64,000 nucleotides of DNA, from positions 14,455-78,454 of the IMG/VR virus record IMGVR_UViG_3300020050_016871. One strand, 5' to 3'. The stretch's first letter is position 1, and every line of letters begins with the position of its first letter. Under the pieces are notes generated by a model, which made no database searches, was not told where the DNA came from, and saw nothing but the letters and a program-made list of their open reading frames with translations. This DNA is from a virus. Lineage: Duplodnaviria > Caudoviricetes. Shown in pieces: positions 34,476 through 46,700 of this stretch. The position numbers were made by a program, and so were the translations under genes.

Positions 34476-36375
34476 TAAAGTATTCGCTTTAGACATTGTT
34501 GATGTTATCAAACCCTACGTTCATTTAAAGAAAGCAGGATCCAATTGGAAAGGAATATCTTGTTTCTCTAATGAACGTTCTCCTTCTTTTATTGTATCAC
34601 CATCTAAAAGAATTTTTAAATGTTTTAGTACAGGAAAAGGAGGTAGTTTAGTAAAGTTTATAATGGAAAAAGAGGTAATGAATTACCCGGAAGCCATTAG
34701 ACATCTTTGCAAAACTTTTAACATTGAATGTTTAGAGTCCGAAGAATCCAACGAGGAAAAGATTCTCTCTCAAAAGAAAGAGTCTATGCATATTATAAAC
34801 AATACGGTTAGTCATTACTTCAAACAAAACCTAAATTATTTCCAAGAAGTTTTGAATTATGTGTATGGCCACAGACAATTAACAGCTGAGACAATAGAAA
34901 AGTTTGATATTGGTTTTGCTCCAAGTACATTATCTGGATTAACTAATTATTTAATCAATTCAGGCTTTAACTGGCAATTGTGTGTAGAGTGCTCAGTAAT
35001 TGGATATATTCAAGCAACCAATAAATTATTTGATAAGTTCCGGAACAGAATGATGTTTCCAATTAAAAACGTATCAGGAAATATTATTGGTTTTGGTGGA
35101 CGTGCTTTGGCTCCCGATCACAAAAATGCAAAATACCTTAATAGTGCTGACAGTATTGTTTACAATAAAAGCGAAACACTATATGGTATTTTCGAAAGCA
35201 AAAAAGCAATCATTGAAAAAAATCAGTGTTTGTTATCTGAAGGATATTTGGATGTAGTGATGTTTCATCAAAAAGGAGTTGAAAATATAGTATCTTCTTC
35301 CGGAACAGCGTTAACACCTGGACACGTAAAATTGATTAAAAAATTCACTAAAAATGTAGTTGTTATTTTTGATAACGATCCTGCAGGTATTCGAGCCACT
35401 TTAAAAGGTATTGATGTATTACTTGCTGAAGAAATGAATGTGAAAGTTTTGATACTTCCTGATGGACAGGATCCAGATGATTTTGCAAAACCAAGAAATA
35501 AAGAACAGATTGAGCAATACATATTTGATTACAGTCAGGATTTTGTTTTGTTCAAATTGAATCATTTGTTATTGGAAGCCAGGGGAGATCTTAATTTAAT
35601 TTCTGCAGCTGTAGAAAATGTTTTAGAATCAATTTCAAAGATGCCAGATATAGTACGTCGTGAAGTCTATTTAAAAGAGTGTGCTAGAATTTCTAGCATT
35701 AGTTCCGAAATGCTTCGTATTACTTTGAAGAAGTTTATTATTGATGATCAAAAATTAAATGATAATATTCCAAAGAATTTTTATGAGCAATTTCTCGAGA
35801 ACAAAAATGATATCCAATTTGAATGCGAGAAAAAGATATTACAATACATTCTAGCTTATGGTTCATTAGAATTAACTTTTAAAGAAATAATGCTTGATGT
35901 AGCCGGAACAGCTACACATCAATATTTCAAAGAAATTAAATTTGATGCTCGAAGAACTGTTTTAGATAAAGTAATTTTTGAATTGGAAACAGATGGCATT
36001 CATTTTATCAACATTACTTATGCTCATATTTACGAAAGGGCTAAAATGGCTGATTTAAGAAACATTAGTTCTTTGGAGAACTATTTGGATTCCGAAACCT
36101 ATTTGGCGGCAATTGAGTTACGCAATGAAGAATTAATGGGAAACAAAAACGTTTTTACATTTGGAAATGCATTGAATCAAACTCAAAATAATATTGTTCC
36201 TAATCTGCATGAGTTTTTACAAAACTCTATTTCAGAGAATTTGCTTTTTTATAAAATCATGTACATAGAATATTTGATTGAAGAAGAAAGCAAAAAGAAC
36301 ATTCCTAATAAAGAGAATGTGAAAGATTATATTGATCTGATGATTCGCATTAAAAAAGAACTTAATACAATTTAG
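34453..36375 (+). CDS. dnaG: DNA primase, bacterial (Bacteroidota-type) DnaG
   Basis: N-terminal ZBD-like FSNERSPSF...FKCFSTGKGG, FRNRMMFPI, GFGGR, KYLNS, SEGYLDV, SSSGTALT, FDNDPAG, GQDPDDF. Confidence 0.96.
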   Translation: MILQETIDKVFALDIVDVIKPYVHLKKAGSNWKGISCFSNERSPSFIVSPSKRIFKCFSTGKGGSLVKFIMEKEVMNYPEAIRHLCKTFNIECLESEESNEEKILSQKKESMHIINNTVSHYFKQNLNYFQEVLNYVYGHRQLTAETIEKFDIGFAPSTLSGLTNYLINSGFNWQLCVECSVIGYIQATNKLFDKFRNRMMFPIKNVSGNIIGFGGRALAPDHKNAKYLNSADSIVYNKSETLYGIFESKKAIIEKNQCLLSEGYLDVVMFHQKGVENIVSSSGTALTPGHVKLIKKFTKNVVVIFDNDPAGIRATLKGIDVLLAEEMNVKVLILPDGQDPDDFAKPRNKEQIEQYIFDYSQDFVLFKLNHLLLEARGDLNLISAAVENVLESISKMPDIVRREVYLKECARISSISSEMLRITLKKFIIDDQKLNDNIPKNFYEQFLENKNDIQFECEKKILQYILAYGSLELTFKEIMLDVAGTATHQYFKEIKFDARRTVLDKVIFELETDGIHFINITYAHIYERAKMADLRNISSLENYLDSETYLAAIELRNEELMGNKNVFTFGNALNQTQNNIVPNLHEFLQNSISENLLFYKIMYIEYLIEEESKKNIPNKENVKDYIDLMIRIKKELNTI

Positions 36376-36377
36376 TT

Positions 36378-36593
36378 ATGAAAAATACATTTAAAAAAAT
36401 TGAGAATATTTTATTTTGGCTTTCACTTCCGTATGCTTTGTTTTCATTTTTAGCAGCAGTAATAGATTATCTTTTATTACAATTTCAAATAGATGAATGG
36501 GATTATTACCGTTATTTTGCTGCGCCTTATTTATTTATTATTATTATGATTACTTTATTTTTTAAAGTTATAAAAAAAATTTTTGAAAAATAA
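36378..36593 (+). CDS. Small two-TM membrane protein
   Basis: Two hydrophobic segments. Confidence 0.65.
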   Translation: MKNTFKKIENILFWLSLPYALFSFLAAVIDYLLLQFQIDEWDYYRYFAAPYLFIIIMITLFFKVIKKIFEK

Positions 36594-37009
36594 TGGAAAC
36601 AACTTATTCCTTTAAATGGGGGTATTATATAAAAGTGTATAATACCCCTTATCCAACAGGAGATTGTATTGAATTTATAAAATGGGAAGATTTATCTTTT
36701 CAGTTATTTTGCAGATACAGTTGGTACTTTGAATATAGAGTTGCTTTATTCCGGGTTAAATATCCAAAAGTATATATTGCTCATGGACAGTTTAAAAGAG
36801 ATTTGAATGAACCAGAAAAAAAAGATCTTCTTAAAAATAAAATTACAGGGAAGAAAAGAACCGTTTCTAAGTGGAAAAACAAACTAGCTGCTTATGAAAA
36901 TCAATGGAATAGTTTATTTCCAATTACAGATGATTTAGCATATCAAAAAGCAGTTGAAAAAATCAACAGGCTAGAACAAGAATTAAATGAATTAACGTAC
37001 GGATCATGA
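36593..37009 (+). CDS. Hypothetical protein
   Basis: 138-aa ORF. Confidence 0.65.
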   Translation: METTYSFKWGYYIKVYNTPYPTGDCIEFIKWEDLSFQLFCRYSWYFEYRVALFRVKYPKVYIAHGQFKRDLNEPEKKDLLKNKITGKKRTVSKWKNKLAAYENQWNSLFPITDDLAYQKAVEKINRLEQELNELTYGS

Positions 37010-37266
37010 AAAAATTATTTATTATACCAATTATTGCTCTATTTCTTTCTTGTGATTACAGAAAAGAAAAATCTATTTACAACCCTATTTTTGGTGGAGA
37101 ATCTTGCTATATGCTTAGAGTTTTTGGACCTCCAGGATTTACAAATGAAGGAGCGCTTGTAATTTATAAATTACCAATGGAATCTATCACAGATAAAAAA
37201 GTTGACAGCATAAATAAAGTAGCTGACAAATTTATAGAGAATTGTAAAAAATATACAGAAAAGTAA
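37006..37266 (+). CDS. Putative lipoprotein
   Basis: MKKLFIIPIIALFLSC lipobox. Confidence 0.7.
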   Translation: MKKLFIIPIIALFLSCDYRKEKSIYNPIFGGESCYMLRVFGPPGFTNEGALVIYKLPMESITDKKVDSINKVADKFIENCKKYTEK

Positions 37267-37445
37267 TGACACTCGGAGAATTATCAATAGAAATCGGTAT
37301 GACTTATAAAGAATTGCGAGCAAAATGTTTAAGAACAGGAATTAATCCGGATGGTAAATTATCATCCGAAAACCAAGAAAGTCTTAAAACAATTGTTCGC
37401 GATGGCTTTATGATATTGCCAAGTAAACTAAATAAAGAATCATGA
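37266..37445 (+). CDS. 59-aa hypothetical protein (possible HTH)
   Basis: Manual translation MTLGELSIEIGMTYKELRAKC...; coupled on both sides. Confidence 0.55.
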   Translation: MTLGELSIEIGMTYKELRAKCLRTGINPDGKLSSENQESLKTIVRDGFMILPSKLNKES

Positions 37446-37693
37446 ATATATATTGGAAAGTTTATTGGTTCTTAAATAATTTTATTTTAAGAACTATACT
37501 TGGAAAATTACTTGTAAAAAAATACGGCTACTGCCCACAACATGGCTGGGGAATGAAAGTAGAACGATATCGAATGAATACTGCTTATGTAGAACATGAA
37601 ATGAATTACGCTAATGGTTGTGAATTATGTCAGAAAGAAACTAATGAATATTGGGATGAAAGATGGAAAGAATATTATAGTAATGTTTTATAA
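37442..37693 (+). CDS. Small Cys/His-containing hypothetical protein
   Basis: CPQH...CELC possible Zn ribbon; last gene of the rightward block. Confidence 0.6.
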   Translation: MNIYWKVYWFLNNFILRTILGKLLVKKYGYCPQHGWGMKVERYRMNTAYVEHEMNYANGCELCQKETNEYWDERWKEYYSNVL

Positions 37694-37719
37694 AAAAGGA
37701 GCCTAAATAGACTCCCTTA
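37692..37719. terminator. Hairpin at the convergence of the early and virion blocks
   Basis: A-run followed by GGAGCCTA-AA-TAGACTCC between two convergent stop codons. Confidence 0.55.
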
Positions 37720-37721
37720 AA

Positions 37722-40700
37722 TTATTCAGGTGTTTCAGCACCCATAGGATTTAATCCTTTCAATACAGACAATGCCGAACGCACTGACGGCGGCACTGTT
37801 TTTAATAACATTCTATCTGGATCAAAATGAATATTAGCATCCGACATTACACCACTTGCCACACTCGATGCATCGGTTTTAGAACCCAGCATCTGACTCT
37901 CTTCATTTGAATTCCCTGCTATAAATCCAAGCATGGTCATTAAAGCCATTCCTCTTAATCCTGAGAGGAAGGCTTCTTTTTGATGTGGTTCTAATGAAGC
38001 ATAGTATTCTTTGGCTTTCGCCGGACTCATTCCATTATGGAAAAAGTCACTAGCTGATTTCCCTATTTGGCGTAATGAACCAATATATTTTTGTCCATTC
38101 ATATCAACATCTTCCTGAGCAAAACGCTCTCTAATTTGTGTTGGTATGTGTCTAGAAAATTGCATAAACATTTTACCCAAAGCGTAACGATGGATTCTAC
38201 TTTGATCCGTTGGACTAAATCCTTTTCCATGTGTATTCTTAACACGCTCTTCTAGCGCTTGGAATCGTTCAGGAGTAATTTGTACAGCTCCCGTTTTATA
38301 ATTTCCTTTTTCATCAAACAGATTAAATTCTTCTTCTGTAAGCATACCCAACATGTGCGCTCTTTGAATCCAATCCTCAGTAACAGCCATCGGCGACAAA
38401 GCTAATTTTGTAAACACAGCATCCAACCCTGATTTGGATTCGATATTTACATCATCATAAAAATCAGCTTCCATGTAGCCAAGATTATTTAAAATGTTAC
38501 GAGCACGGTTCCTTCTATCCAAAGTATCAATCCCGATACCTTTATCAATCCCCCAGTAACGTGCTTCACCAGTAATCCATGATTTACCACCTTCACGTTT
38601 TAAGTTCATGTACTTCCCTACCGCCAAATTTCCTATGGCATACAATCCCTTACCAACAAGTAATCCTTTATATCCAAGAGCATAAAAAGTATTTCCTTTT
38701 ACCAATCCATTAATAACGGAATCAGCATTTTTACCAAAAAGAGGTTGTTCTTTTTTCATAATGAATCCCTCTTTTACAACTTCTTTAACGTAATTGTAGG
38801 CATTCTTATAACCGTTCTTATCATTGTAAGCCATAACACCATCAATCATTGGCATCATTGCTTTAAATCCTTGAAATGATTCGTCTCCGTTTGTAAAAAC
38901 AGAAGCGTGAACATATTCAACCAATGCTTTATTTAAATCCATTGACGGCATTAATTCAGCTTTCATAGAACGCGAACTACTAAACCTACTCAGCGGACTC
39001 ATACCCAATAATGTTTCATTTTGCATATTAGAATATATCAATCTGGAACCATCTTCGTTTTTACCTTCTTTCTGTAATTTTTTAGCTTTACTTTTCAATT
39101 TATTGAAAGCTAATAAATCTTTAGTAGTTTGTTCTTTTGATAATGCCAAAGCATTGTATCGATTCTTAATATCTCCAAAAGACATTAGTTCCTCTTTTCC
39201 TGAAACTGTAGTATAAAGTTTCACATCATCAATAGCAGAATCACTTCCTTTGCTATTAACTAACAATCCCAACAACCCCCTATTAGCAAACATTTCAAAA
39301 TTATCCATTGCCGTGTGAGGAATATATCCTTCACGCACTTTATCATTACCATCATAGTTTTTTAAATGATTGGTAACACTTCGAAACGTAGTGTAAAAAT
39401 CATACTCCGCTTTACTTAATTTATTAGTATTGTATAATTTTTTAATTTCCGTTTCGTCTTTAAACTTTAAATTTTTCTGAGTAATACCTTTGGCATCGAC
39501 ATACGTTTCTTCAGATAATAAATTACCATATAGCTTTTGGTAAACATCACTTCTATTATTAAACAATGATTGGCCAATACGCTGTATTGTATTTATTATT
39601 TTGTTTTTACTCAAGCCAAATTTTTCCTGATATAAAGCATCAGTAGCATGGTTGATTACTTTAATGTATTTACCACGTTGCAACACAAACTTTTTGTATT
39701 GGTCATTTAATTCTCGAAGCAATCTTTGTGTTACAGGATGATTAGAAGAGATATTATTATTGTTGAGGTAACTTTCCATAAGTCCAATATCTTTTCCGTT
39801 CTCAATCATTCCAGTAAGCTGACTTTGCTCTACTCCCATTCTATTAGCCAACTCCATAACCAAAGGCGTTGTGATAATAGAATAAGCGTACAAATCTTTT
39901 TGAGCATAAGTAGTATAAAGATTTTTTAAATCTGTATCAGCCATTTGAGAAAAAGAAGTTTGATTATATTGAGAAGTCAAATCATTAGCTTCTTTTTTTT
40001 CTTCCAGATACTTTTTATAAACAAATTCTTTTTGTTCATCACCAATAGAATTATCATATTCCATAACAGCGTTAAACTCCCTTTGGCTTAAGGGAGTAAC
40101 GTCGTTGTAATTATGGTAATCAATTCTTGAAGCGTTTCCTAAATCGGATTTAACTTTTTTTTTTGAAGTATCGCCAAAGCTTTCACTAGCTTTTGACATG
40201 AAACTATTTTCAGCATTAACATCTGAAGCTCTTGCTTTATAAACAGGACGGCTACCATCATCAGCTAATGAAATTGCTTCCAGATTGATATCTCCTTCAA
40301 ATTTATTGTAAGGCTTAATTCTACTTAAAAGCAAATTATTCATTACAGCTGTTCGCTCTGAGAAATCTTTGTATTCTGTACGAGCTTGATTTTTTTCAGC
40401 ATCAGTAATTCCTTCGAAGATATAAGGTTTTCCATCAACTTTAAAAATCATACCGCTACCAATACGCAAAGCTTTATCCAAAGAAACATTATTTGAAGCA
40501 ATGTAGTTTAATAAGTTCTCACCTTGCTTAAATGGCACTCTATCATTTTTAGCATCAAGAATACTACTATTTTGGTTGAACTCATTTGAAATAATCAAAT
40601 TTTCAAGCTTGCTTATAATAGCTTCATCAATCGGTTCATTTTTGGTTTTTGCTTCATGTGCTGCATAAGTAGAAATATCATGATTGGTACCTTCATCGAA

Positions 40701-43700
40701 AACAATTGATAAAGATAGTTTTCCAGTCAATCCATTTTTCATTAAATCTAAAGTGATCAATCCATCTTTAATTTCTTGTGGCAACGCTTTCCATTCTGAT
40801 TGTGCTGCTTTTCTATCTTCCTCGGTTAAACTCTCATTAAAAAAACGAGGGTTTGCAGAAATATAACTTTTTTCATCAAAGACTTTTTTAGATGGGATTA
40901 CATTCTTTTGCCCTGGAGCAAATTTAATATCCATATTCAATGCTCTATTGAATAAAACACTTTTATCTAAAGCAGTTGCTTTTCTATTACCCGGAAGAAG
41001 ATCTCCTTCTAATGTTGAAATGTAATTGTTCACATCGCGAAACACTTTTTCTTTAATAGCTGTTTTTTGAGCAGAACTAATATTATTCAAACCAAGAATT
41101 CTTGATGTATGGAATCGTTTAATAATATCAGAAGAACGTTGCATCTGGTCCTTATTCATTGTATCATCAAAACCAATTTTACTATTTAATGATTCAATTA
41201 ATCCGGAAGTAGAAACACTATAAATATTATTTGCTTTTTTCATAATATTTAAAATCTTCTCAGCATTATCATGATACGCTTTAATATCAGGATTATTTTT
41301 GAAAGCTTCAGGAAAAACCAATAATGGATTTTGTTTTTCAGAATTTACAACTGTATTAAAATCTTTCAATTGTTGTTCCAGGATAAAAGGATTATTTTCA
41401 ATTCCTTTATGACCAGCCATAATTTTTGAAACATGTAATACATCAGCATTAATGGCTTCTAAATTTTCCATTAGCTGAATAATTTGTTTCATTTGGTCTT
41501 TAGTATTAATCATCAAACGATCAGTGTTAATAGCAATATTCTGAACAGGTGCATCACTAATACCAAGTTCTTGATGAATTGCTTTTTTAACATCAGCATT
41601 TTTCATTTTAACAGCAAATGGATTGTTGTTATTAGCTTGATGTTTATTCCAAGATTTTACTGCCTTAGAATTCATAATATCATTTACTTGCTGTAATGAG
41701 AATCCAAGGTTAGTTAATAATGAATATTGATTAATAGTTTGATCATTCAATCCAAGACTATCAGCAAAACCATATTTAGCATTATCCAAAATAATATTGG
41801 CCAACATAGCTGATTTATTGTTACGGCTTTCTTGTCCAACTTCTTTATCACTAAATCGGTCTACTCTCACACCATCAATATTAATCGGCGAAGTTAATTC
41901 TACATTATAAGCTGCTAAATAATTGGCAATACGGTGTGTGTTAAAAATGATACCAATATTTCTTTTTGAAATCATAGTATTATTGTAAGCATCCCTATGG
42001 TAAGATGGACTCATTGGCATTGTTCTTTCGGTTTTATTTTTACCGATTACTTTTAATACTTCTTTTTCAAATTCAATTTTGGCTCTTGTTTGCATTCTCA
42101 TTCCTGGAGAAGTCCATAAGTCAACTGTTTTATCCAAAGCTTCATTAAAGCCAGGTGTTGACTTATCTTTAATTTGAATAAACAAAGAATCCCCATCATA
42201 ATCCGAACCAGCTGTTTCAGAAAAATCAGAATGAACAATTGTTTGATTCCCTTCTCCCTCTAAATAATCAACTGCTTCAAATACTCCTGTAGAAGCAGGG
42301 CCGTGTGAAGGAATACGTGTAGCCATTACATTATCACCACGAACAAACCATCCCACAGTAACACCGTCTTTTTCAAATTTCCCAATATAATCAGAAACAT
42401 CATATCCATAAGAACCTTTAGCTTTTGCTTTACCATGTCTTTGTCTGGCAATCATTAAAGCTACTTCTTTCATTACTTCAGCTTTTGCTTCTGAATTGTC
42501 TTGTGCTGTTGCTTGAGAAAACTTTCCAAGCAAATCAGGATTAGCTTTAATGATACGCATAGCTTGTGGATCCTCTTCAGTCAAATATTGTCTAAATTTC
42601 ACTTTATTTTGCATGTGTTTAGGTAATACAATTTCCATAATTTGAGAACCAACACTTCCATCAGTATTATATCTGTCAACGTGCCCAGCAAGAGTTCCAC
42701 TACCATTTACAGTATATCCATTTCTGTAACGATAATGTAAACTTGGTTTTTGTTGCGCAACACTTCCAGCTGTTTTCAATTTATTACCCGCTTGTTTCAA
42801 TCGATTAGCTAAAGTATTAGTAATGAAATCAGCAATGGCAGGATGGTTTAAATTAGTCAATGACTCTTCAATCATTAAACGCTGTCCTTGGTCCATATTT
42901 TCCAAATCCAAATTTTTCAAAATGAAAGCTTTGTATTTAGCTGGATTCATATCTCCCAATTCAGAAATAATTTCATCAAGATTTTTACTCATATCCTGAC
43001 GAATCAATTTTTGAATTTCTTCACCCATAGCAAGATTATCACCTACCATTCCGTTTACAATAACAGCAGACATAAACTGAACAGGCGTGATAGCTTCTTC
43101 AGTAACTTTATCCATTATTTGTTGTGGACCAAAATTATTAGTAGACAATCCAACAAAACCATCAGCGTTATAATACAACGCATCCAAAGCATTGTGCATT
43201 TTATCTGTTTCAGTTTCTTCTCTTGCATTACCTTGGTTATTAATATGATTATCCAAATCATTATTTAGGTTTTCAAAAGTAATTCCGGATAATGCTTTTT
43301 TGTTATCAGCATTTAAGAAATCACTTTTAATAGCAGAATAAGGAACAGCAAAATTAATGTAGTTATCTTCTCCATTGGTTAAATCCAAAGATGGTTCTTT
43401 ACCAAATTTATCACGATGCCAGTTATTGTAAACATTTTCACGTTCATTCAATAAATTATAAATACCGCGAAGCCCTGGCTCAGTAATTAAAGTGTTTTCG
43501 TCAATGATTGTTGTATATCCTTTGAAGTAAGCAGAAATACCTTTGAAGTTAGGATTGTCACGTTCTACATGATAATTTAATAATTTCAAACCATTATTCA
43601 AATCAAATACTCCAAGCCCAGCATCAACAATTTTTTGAGCTTGTGAACGTGTCATATACATACCTGAATCAGTACTTGCTTTTACTTTACTATCATCAAT

Positions 43701-46700
43701 AGTAATAGGCTCCATTTTTAAATTCTTATTTCCAAAAGTAAGAACTGGAGAACTATTTCCTTTGTTACGTTTTACAATATCATTGAACGGAATACCAGGA
43801 TTAAAAATTTCAGCCAAAGCCATTCCATTAACTGATTGATTAAATACAAATTCAGTTATTTTGTTTTGACCTTTTAAAGAAAGTTTACCATTTTCAAAAT
43901 AATCCGGCTTAATTGTTTTGTTTGCAATTAAATCTTTAGCAGCACCATTCCATCGGGAAATTTCTTCATTTACTGATTCTTTAAATTTGGCAATGTATTC
44001 TTCTTGAGAACGAATTGTATTTTCTTTTTGTTGATCAGAAAGATTTTCATTTGACTTATCATAAATTCTCCAAGACGATTCAAGCATTCTTCTTCCTTTT
44101 AAAGTAAGTTCCGCTTTATCAGTAATAGCATTTCTAGCTTGAAAAACTTCACCGAATTTAATTCGATTTACAGACATTAAAAACTTTCTTGGACTATCAG
44201 CAAAAGCACTTAATGTTTGAACATAATTGGCAGCATTCTCCACTTTAGAGAACATCATAAAATCCTCAATAGTCTGAGTAAAATCAGTAGAATTTTTATA
44301 CAAGGAATTTGCCCCACGTTGTAAATGCGTAAGACCAACATATTGCGACACCGAAGGACGGAGTACACTATTTTTAGCATTATCATAAATACTTCTTAAT
44401 ACAGGATTTTCATGCGTTCTATTAGCGGAATCAGATAAGTGAGCATATTTAGCCTTGAATGATTTAAACGTTGGGAAATTGCCGTTTCTGTCTTTGACAA
44501 GGAAGTCATTCATATCATTTAGTTCTGACAATAAATGATTGTTTGTGATTTTACTTGGTTCCATATTTCCCTCAGCATTTTGAATAACTGAATAAGAAGT
44601 ATATTTTCTGTTACTATCAACCAAAGCCTCAATAAATGGTTTTGCCCCATACACATATAAATTATTTGGTTTGGCAGCATTCTCCATTACTTTAGAAAAT
44701 ACCATTTTATCAATAAGCGTTTTGATATTGACATTATGGCCACGCATATTAATAGTTTGATTGTTTACCAAAGCAGAAAACTTAACACCTCTTGGCGCTA
44801 ATAATCGAAGCACAGCCAAATAATCTTCATTAGTTTGATTTCCTGATTTGATATTATTATACCCATCCAAGAAATATTGATACTTCTGAGCACTATCTAA
44901 ATTGAAACGTTTGTTGTAATGATCATCTTCGAAGGATTCTAATTTTGATAAATGATTATCAACAGTATTTCTTTCTGTTTCAGAAAGCGCATTGCTAGTT
45001 TCCCATTTACCTTCAGCGTTAACAACACTTTTGATAGCACTAATAGTTTGCTGATTTCCCATCACATAAGCCATAGAAGATAAGTACATCATTTTTTCAT
45101 TAGGATGCATCTTTTCCATGTATTGATTGAACTGCCAAACTTCTTCTATTCTACTATTTTCGATAGCATTAATAAAAGCATTAGTATTTCCTTTATTTTC
45201 AAAAGCCAGGTTATAGAATTCAGAAATTAAAGAATCGCGATCAATTAATGATGTTTCATCAAATTCAGAAGCTAAACCATTTTTCTCAACAAATTTTTTA
45301 CGTTTTACATAGTTCAAACTTCTGGTAAAAGAATTAAGAATTCTGGTTGCTCCACGGAAAGTAACAGATTTGGCTGATTCATAATCATCAAAAGCACCTT
45401 CTTCTAACATAGCGTTTTCCAACTCTTCCAATTGAAAGTTAATTTCATTTTGACGTTCCTGCTCCGAGAAGTCTTTCATCTTGCGATTGATATCTTCATT
45501 TATCTTTTTAGCAAGACGAGTATAAGTAGAAAAACGATTGTTTTGTTTTACTGCAGTAGAATCATAATTTTTACGTTGCTCAATTTTAACGTCACTAATT
45601 CTATTAAAATTTTCTTGTTGCTCTTTGTTTTTCATATCAACTAAAGAAGCAAATCCAGAACCATTAAAAACAGCTTTTGGAAGACTAGCAGTCGATTGAG
45701 CAAAGTTTTCCATAATGTGTTCCATTAAATCAGATGGACGTACAGCTACACCATCATTTAATTTCTGTACCACATCAAGAGCAAATGGCTCAAAAGTAAC
45801 TGTTTCACCTTTTACCCATTTCCACCAACTTTTAGATTCTTTTTGACGGCGACGTTCTTTAATCGGCTCTAAAGATTGATTGAAGTTTTTAGCCAAAGGA
45901 CCCTGTAAATAATGAGTGAATAATTCTTCATTAATTACATCTTGTTCAGTATCCGGAGCTCTAAAAATTTCTACATCTGCAAGATACTGTTCTAAAGAAC
46001 CGGATTCTTTTATTTCGGAATCAAAAGCTTGTTGACGAATTTCTTCTGTTTCTCCGTCAATCGTAGATAACATATAATTTAAAAAAGAATCTATATTTAT
46101 TTCTTGACCTTCTTTGTTTTTGTAAATTATTTTGTCTTGATAAAGTCTTTCAACTTTGTCAACTAATTTTTGATCTTCTCTAGCAAGTCTAACAACTTCT
46201 TTTGTAGCAGTAGAATCTTTAGTCAATCGGTAATTAATATGCGCCATTTCATGCATAAAAATATCCGGTTGTTGCCAAACATTTTCATCAATATAAATTG
46301 TACTTGCCAAAGCATATCCCACGGCAGGAGTGCCTACTAATGAAAATAGGTTGTCAGCAACAACAACATTAACATCAATACCTTTTGCTTTAAGCATTCG
46401 GTTAATAGTACGCTGTTCGTCAATGATTCTTGGTCCGTATTTAAAAGCAGCTATTCGAGTATCTAAATAAGCATCTAATTGTTGTTTAGAGATAGTAGCT
46501 ATTGGATTGTTAGCATTGGCACGTACAGGATTTGAATAATAAGCTTGCTCAATAATTGCTTTACGCATTACGTCTTGAGCCATATTATTTTCAATAGTCT
46601 TTTTATTCTGAATAGCATTTCTTTTTTGCTGAATTACCTCTTGGGTTTCTTCAACAACTTCCTGCCCTTTTTTGAATAAAGATTTTCCAATATTAGCACC

